64,000 nucleotides of DNA from Dehalococcoidia bacterium (GTDB lineage: Bacteria; Chloroflexota; Dehalococcoidia; UBA2979). The stretch lies in assembly GCA_964291495.2 (NCBI GenBank), contig OZ219871.1, forward strand, positions 1,120,001-1,184,000, read 5' to 3'. The stretch's first letter is position 1. The number at the start of each line of letters is the position of its first letter. The notes beneath the pieces were generated by a model. That model was not told where the DNA came from and searched no databases. It was given only the letters and a program-made list of their open reading frames with translations. Positions 60,867 to 64,000 of the stretch are shown piece by piece. The translations under genes and the position numbers were made by a program.

Positions 60867-61961
60867 CTAGCCCAGCTCGAGGATCGAGCGCCCCGAGATC
60901 TGGCCCGCCTCGAGCGCGTCCGTCGCCTCGTTGATCGCGTCGAGCGGGTAGCGCGTGGTGACGAGCGCGTCGAGGTCCAGCTCGCCCTCGTGGTACCAGC
61001 GCAGGAACATCGGGAAGTCGCGGTCCGGCCGGCAGGAGCCGCCGATGCTGCCGATGTACTTCTTCTCGGCGATCAGCATGTCCCGCGCATCGAGCTCGAC
61101 CGGCGTCTGCGGAACCCCGACGAGCACGGCCGTCCCGCCCGTGCTGCGGCCGATCACGCCCCCGCGCACCGCCGGCATGATCTGCTCCATCGTCTGGCGC
61201 ACGCCGATGCAGTCGAAGGCGTAGTCGACGCCACTGACCGGCTCCCCGTTGAGCCTCAGCTCGTCGGGCCGCCGCGTCAGCTCGTGAATGCGCTCGACGG
61301 GGTCGACCTCGGAGGCGTTGACGCCGATTGTCGCGCCGAAGCGCCTCGCGAAGTCCAGTTTCTCCTCGTCGAGGTCGACGGCGATGATCGGGTCCGCGCC
61401 GACAACCGCGGCGGCGGTGATCGCGGAGAGGCCGACCCCGCCGACGCCAAAGACGGCGACGCTCTCGCCGCGCTGCACGCCGGCGGTGTGATAGACGGCG
61501 CCGGCGCCGGTCATCACCGCGCAGCCGATGATCGCGGTCACGTCCGTGGGCGCGTCGTCCGGCAGCCGGACGACGAACTGCTCGTCTGCGATCGTGTGGT
61601 CCGCCCACGTGAACGTGTTCTGGGAGTGGGCGACGCTGCCGTCGCCGAGCGTGAGGCTGGCCATCTCCGGCAGCCTCGACGCCTCGGGGTCACGCACCAC
61701 CCAGGTGACCATCACGCGATCGCCCTCGCGGACGTGGTCCACCTCGGAGCCAGCGGCGAGTACGACGCCCGTCGACTCGTGGCCCAGCAACTGCTGGCGC
61801 TCCCGAGGACCATGCATCTGGTGCAGCTGCGAGTGACAGACGCCGCTCGCGAGCTGCTTCACCACGACCTGGTGCGGGCCGGGGTCGGGCAGGTCGACCT
61901 CCTCGATGCGCAGCGGGCCGGGGCCCTGCGGGCAGACGACGACGCGGGCGGGAGTGGGCAT
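60867..61961 (-). CDS. Zn-dependent medium-chain alcohol dehydrogenase
   Basis: GVCHSQLH, LGHE, GCAVMTGAGA, VFGVGGVG. Confidence 0.92.
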   Translation of the reverse strand: MPTPARVVVCPQGPGPLRIEEVDLPDPGPHQVVVKQLASGVCHSQLHQMHGPRERQQLLGHESTGVVLAAGSEVDHVREGDRVMVTWVVRDPEASRLPEMASLTLGDGSVAHSQNTFTWADHTIADEQFVVRLPDDAPTDVTAIIGCAVMTGAGAVYHTAGVQRGESVAVFGVGGVGLSAITAAAVVGADPIIAVDLDEEKLDFARRFGATIGVNASEVDPVERIHELTRRPDELRLNGEPVSGVDYAFDCIGVRQTMEQIMPAVRGGVIGRSTGGTAVLVGVPQTPVELDARDMLIAEKKYIGSIGGSCRPDRDFPMFLRWYHEGELDLDALVTTRYPLDAINEATDALEAGQISGRSILELG

Positions 61962-62021
61962 GTCACGCCTCCGTGCTCTTCGCTCGGCTCATGGTAGCGG
62001 CTGGATGCGGGCGAGCGGCGG

Positions 62022-63269
62022 CTAGATCACCCCGTCGCGGCGCAGCGCCTCGAGCTCGTCCGCGCCGAGGCCAAGCGCGCCGTAGACCTCGGCGTTGTGC
62101 TCGCCGGTGAGGGGGGCGCGACGGGTCGTGCCGAGCGGGGTCTCGGACCAGATGCCCCAGGCGCCGGAGTAGCGGAAGCGCTCGCCCAGCTCGGGGTGCT
62201 CGATCTCCTGCCAGTAGCCGCGGTCCTCCCAGTGCGGGTCCGGGAGGATCTCGTCGAGGCTGCGCACCGCGCCCCAGGCGTGGCTGCGCTCCTGCGCGCC
62301 CCGGTAGGCCTCCTCGGCGGGCACGTTCGGGAAGAAGTCGCGCAGCACGTCGCTGATGTGGTTCTGCTCCTCCACGATCTGATCCTGCTCCGCGAAACGC
62401 TCGTCCAGCAGGTCGTCCGCGGCGTCGTACTGGTCCAGCCACTCGCCGATGCTGCGCAGCTGCGGAGGCGAGAGCCGCTGGTTGAACATCGCGTTCACGT
62501 ACTTGCCATCGGCGCACTCGAACTGCGTGTGCGGGCGCGGCAACGACCACGCGGCGTGGCGGCCCGTCTGCCGCCGCAGCTCGCGCCCGGTGGCGAAGTA
62601 GATCGGCACCGCCATCTCCGTCGTCAGCGCGCAGGCGTCGTGGATCGAGACGTCGAGGAACTGCCCCTCGCCCGTGAACTCACGATCGAGCAGCGCGGTG
62701 GCGATCGCCAGCAGCGCGTAGTGGCCGCCGATGTGCCAGGCATTGCCGCCGCCCGGCGCGATCGGCGGGGCGTCCGGGGCCTCGTCCTCGTCGTAGCCGG
62801 AGGAGGCCATCTGCCCGCCGGCGGCCATGTGCACGAGGTCCGTCGCGATGTAGTCGCGCCACGGCCCGTCCTGCCCGAACGGCGAGAGCGAGCAGTAGAC
62901 GAGCTCCGGGTCCGCGCCGCGCAGCTCCTCCGGCCCGAGGCCGAGCGCCGGCAGCGTGCCGGGGCGCGTGGTCTCAAGCAGCACGTCGGCCCCGCCGACG
63001 AGCGTGCGGAACAGCTCCGCGCCGCGCGGATCCTCGAGGTCCAGCGTGATGCCGCGCTTGCCGCAGTTGTAGTGCCAGAAGGAGAGCGAGCGCTCGCGGT
63101 GCGGCTCGTCGTGGTAGTACGGGCCCACCTCGCGCTCGCTCGAGCCGCCCGGCGGCTCGACCTTGATCACGTCGGCGCCCAGCTCGGCGAGCAGGCGGCC
63201 GCACCAGCGACTGGCCTCGCCACCCAGCTCGACGACGCGCAAGTCGGCGAAGGGGCGGTTGTCGCTCAT
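62022..63269 (-). CDS. Family III CoA-transferase subunit
   Basis: LRVVEL, LGADVIKVEPPGG, NCGKRGITLDL, SPFGQDGP, GEGQFLDVS. Confidence 0.92.
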   Translation of the reverse strand: MSDNRPFADLRVVELGGEASRWCGRLLAELGADVIKVEPPGGSSEREVGPYYHDEPHRERSLSFWHYNCGKRGITLDLEDPRGAELFRTLVGGADVLLETTRPGTLPALGLGPEELRGADPELVYCSLSPFGQDGPWRDYIATDLVHMAAGGQMASSGYDEDEAPDAPPIAPGGGNAWHIGGHYALLAIATALLDREFTGEGQFLDVSIHDACALTTEMAVPIYFATGRELRRQTGRHAAWSLPRPHTQFECADGKYVNAMFNQRLSPPQLRSIGEWLDQYDAADDLLDERFAEQDQIVEEQNHISDVLRDFFPNVPAEEAYRGAQERSHAWGAVRSLDEILPDPHWEDRGYWQEIEHPELGERFRYSGAWGIWSETPLGTTRRAPLTGEHNAEVYGALGLGADELEALRRDGVI

Positions 63270-64000
63270 GGCGCCTCCTCCGTCCCGGCCTCCGAGGTCT
63301 CATCGAGCAGGTAGGGCTCGAGCGGCTCGCTCGGCGGCCAGAGCCAGCCATCGTCGTAGCCGGCGCGCAACTCCTCCTCGCTGAGGCCGAGCATGCCGCA
63401 CAGCACCTCGCGGTTGTGCTCCCCTGCAAACGGCGCGATGCGCCGCGCCGTGGTCTCGTTGACCGCGGATTGCCACGGCAGGTTCTGGTAGCCCCGCTCG
63501 CCCACCACCGGGTGGGGGTGGTGCGAGAAGAGGCCGCGCTGGCGCAGCTGCGGGTCGTGCTCGACGCGATTCTCGTTGCTCTGCACGGGCATCGCCGGCA
63601 CGCCCGCTGCCTGGCAGCGCTCGGCCAGCTCATACTTGCCGAGGGTCAACGTCCACGCCTCGATCCGCTCGTCAAGCTCCTCCTGGTGCTCGAGGCGGCC
63701 CTCGAGGCTGTCGAAGCGCGCCTCGGCGGCCCACTCCGGCGAACCCATCACGCCCTGCAAGGCCCGCCAGTCGGCGTCGTCGCGGCAGACGATGGCGCAC
63801 CAGTCGTTGTAGCCGCCGCCGGCGCTGCGGTAGGCGTTGTGCGGGGCGGCGATGGCGCCGCGGTAGTTGTGCAGCAGCGGCGTGCCGGGCCAGTGCGCGC
63901 GGTTGCCGGGCGGGAAGCCCTCGCGGCGCGCGGGCCGCCCGTTCACCGTCGCGTCGAGGATTGCGGAGCCCGCGAGGCCGATCCCGAGCCCGGCCTGCGA
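63266..64000 (-). CDS. Family III CoA-transferase, C-terminal part (truncated by window end)
   Basis: APHNAYR, WCAIVC, DPQLRQRG, APFAGEHN; ATGA overlap with the next subunit. Confidence 0.88.
   Translation of the reverse strand, partial: SQAGLGIGLAGSAILDATVNGRPARREGFPPGNRAHWPGTPLLHNYRGAIAAPHNAYRSAGGGYNDWCAIVCRDDADWRALQGVMGSPEWAAEARFDSLEGRLEHQEELDERIEAWTLTLGKYELAERCQAAGVPAMPVQSNENRVEHDPQLRQRGLFSHHPHPVVGERGYQNLPWQSAVNETTARRIAPFAGEHNREVLCGMLGLSEEELRAGYDDGWLWPPSEPLEPYLLDETSEAGTEEAP

Overview
High-GC bacterial chromosomal segment. The gene content (tRNA-Thr/Tyr/Thr-tuf-rpmG-secE-nusG-rplKAJL without rpoBC, several F420-type LLM oxidoreductases, paired and fused family III CoA-transferases) points to a Dehalococcoidia-like Chloroflexota bacterium; this is inference. 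Most of the window is housekeeping: ispD-ispF-cysE-cysS, pntAA-AB-B, the tuf/ribosomal protein cluster, lysA-holB-ricT, katG, rpmH-rnpA-yidD-(beta-propeller)-yidC-jag-parA-parB with a perfect parS, and an acyl-CoA catabolic block. Small accessory inserts include a Type IIG R-M gene, two Fic genes and a divergent NCS2 permease. Several families of palindromic intergenic repeats are present. Main oddities: (1) YidC carries a ~65-aa C/C/H/H DUF1059-like insert in its cytoplasmic C1 loop, and its basic tail is encoded by overlap with jag. (2) A peroxiredoxin has an in-frame UGA at the peroxidatic position plus a SECIS-like hairpin; it is probably a selenoprotein split in two by the ORF track. (3) An NCS2 permease with altered substrate residues is fused to a degenerate RsbW/HATPase-like domain. 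(4) A small ORF-Fic pair sits next to a long inverted repeat. (5) A MITE candidate has IS5/IS1106-like ends. No CRISPR array, rRNA or intact transposase/integrase was seen. All family assignments are from motif recognition by eye, not database searches.
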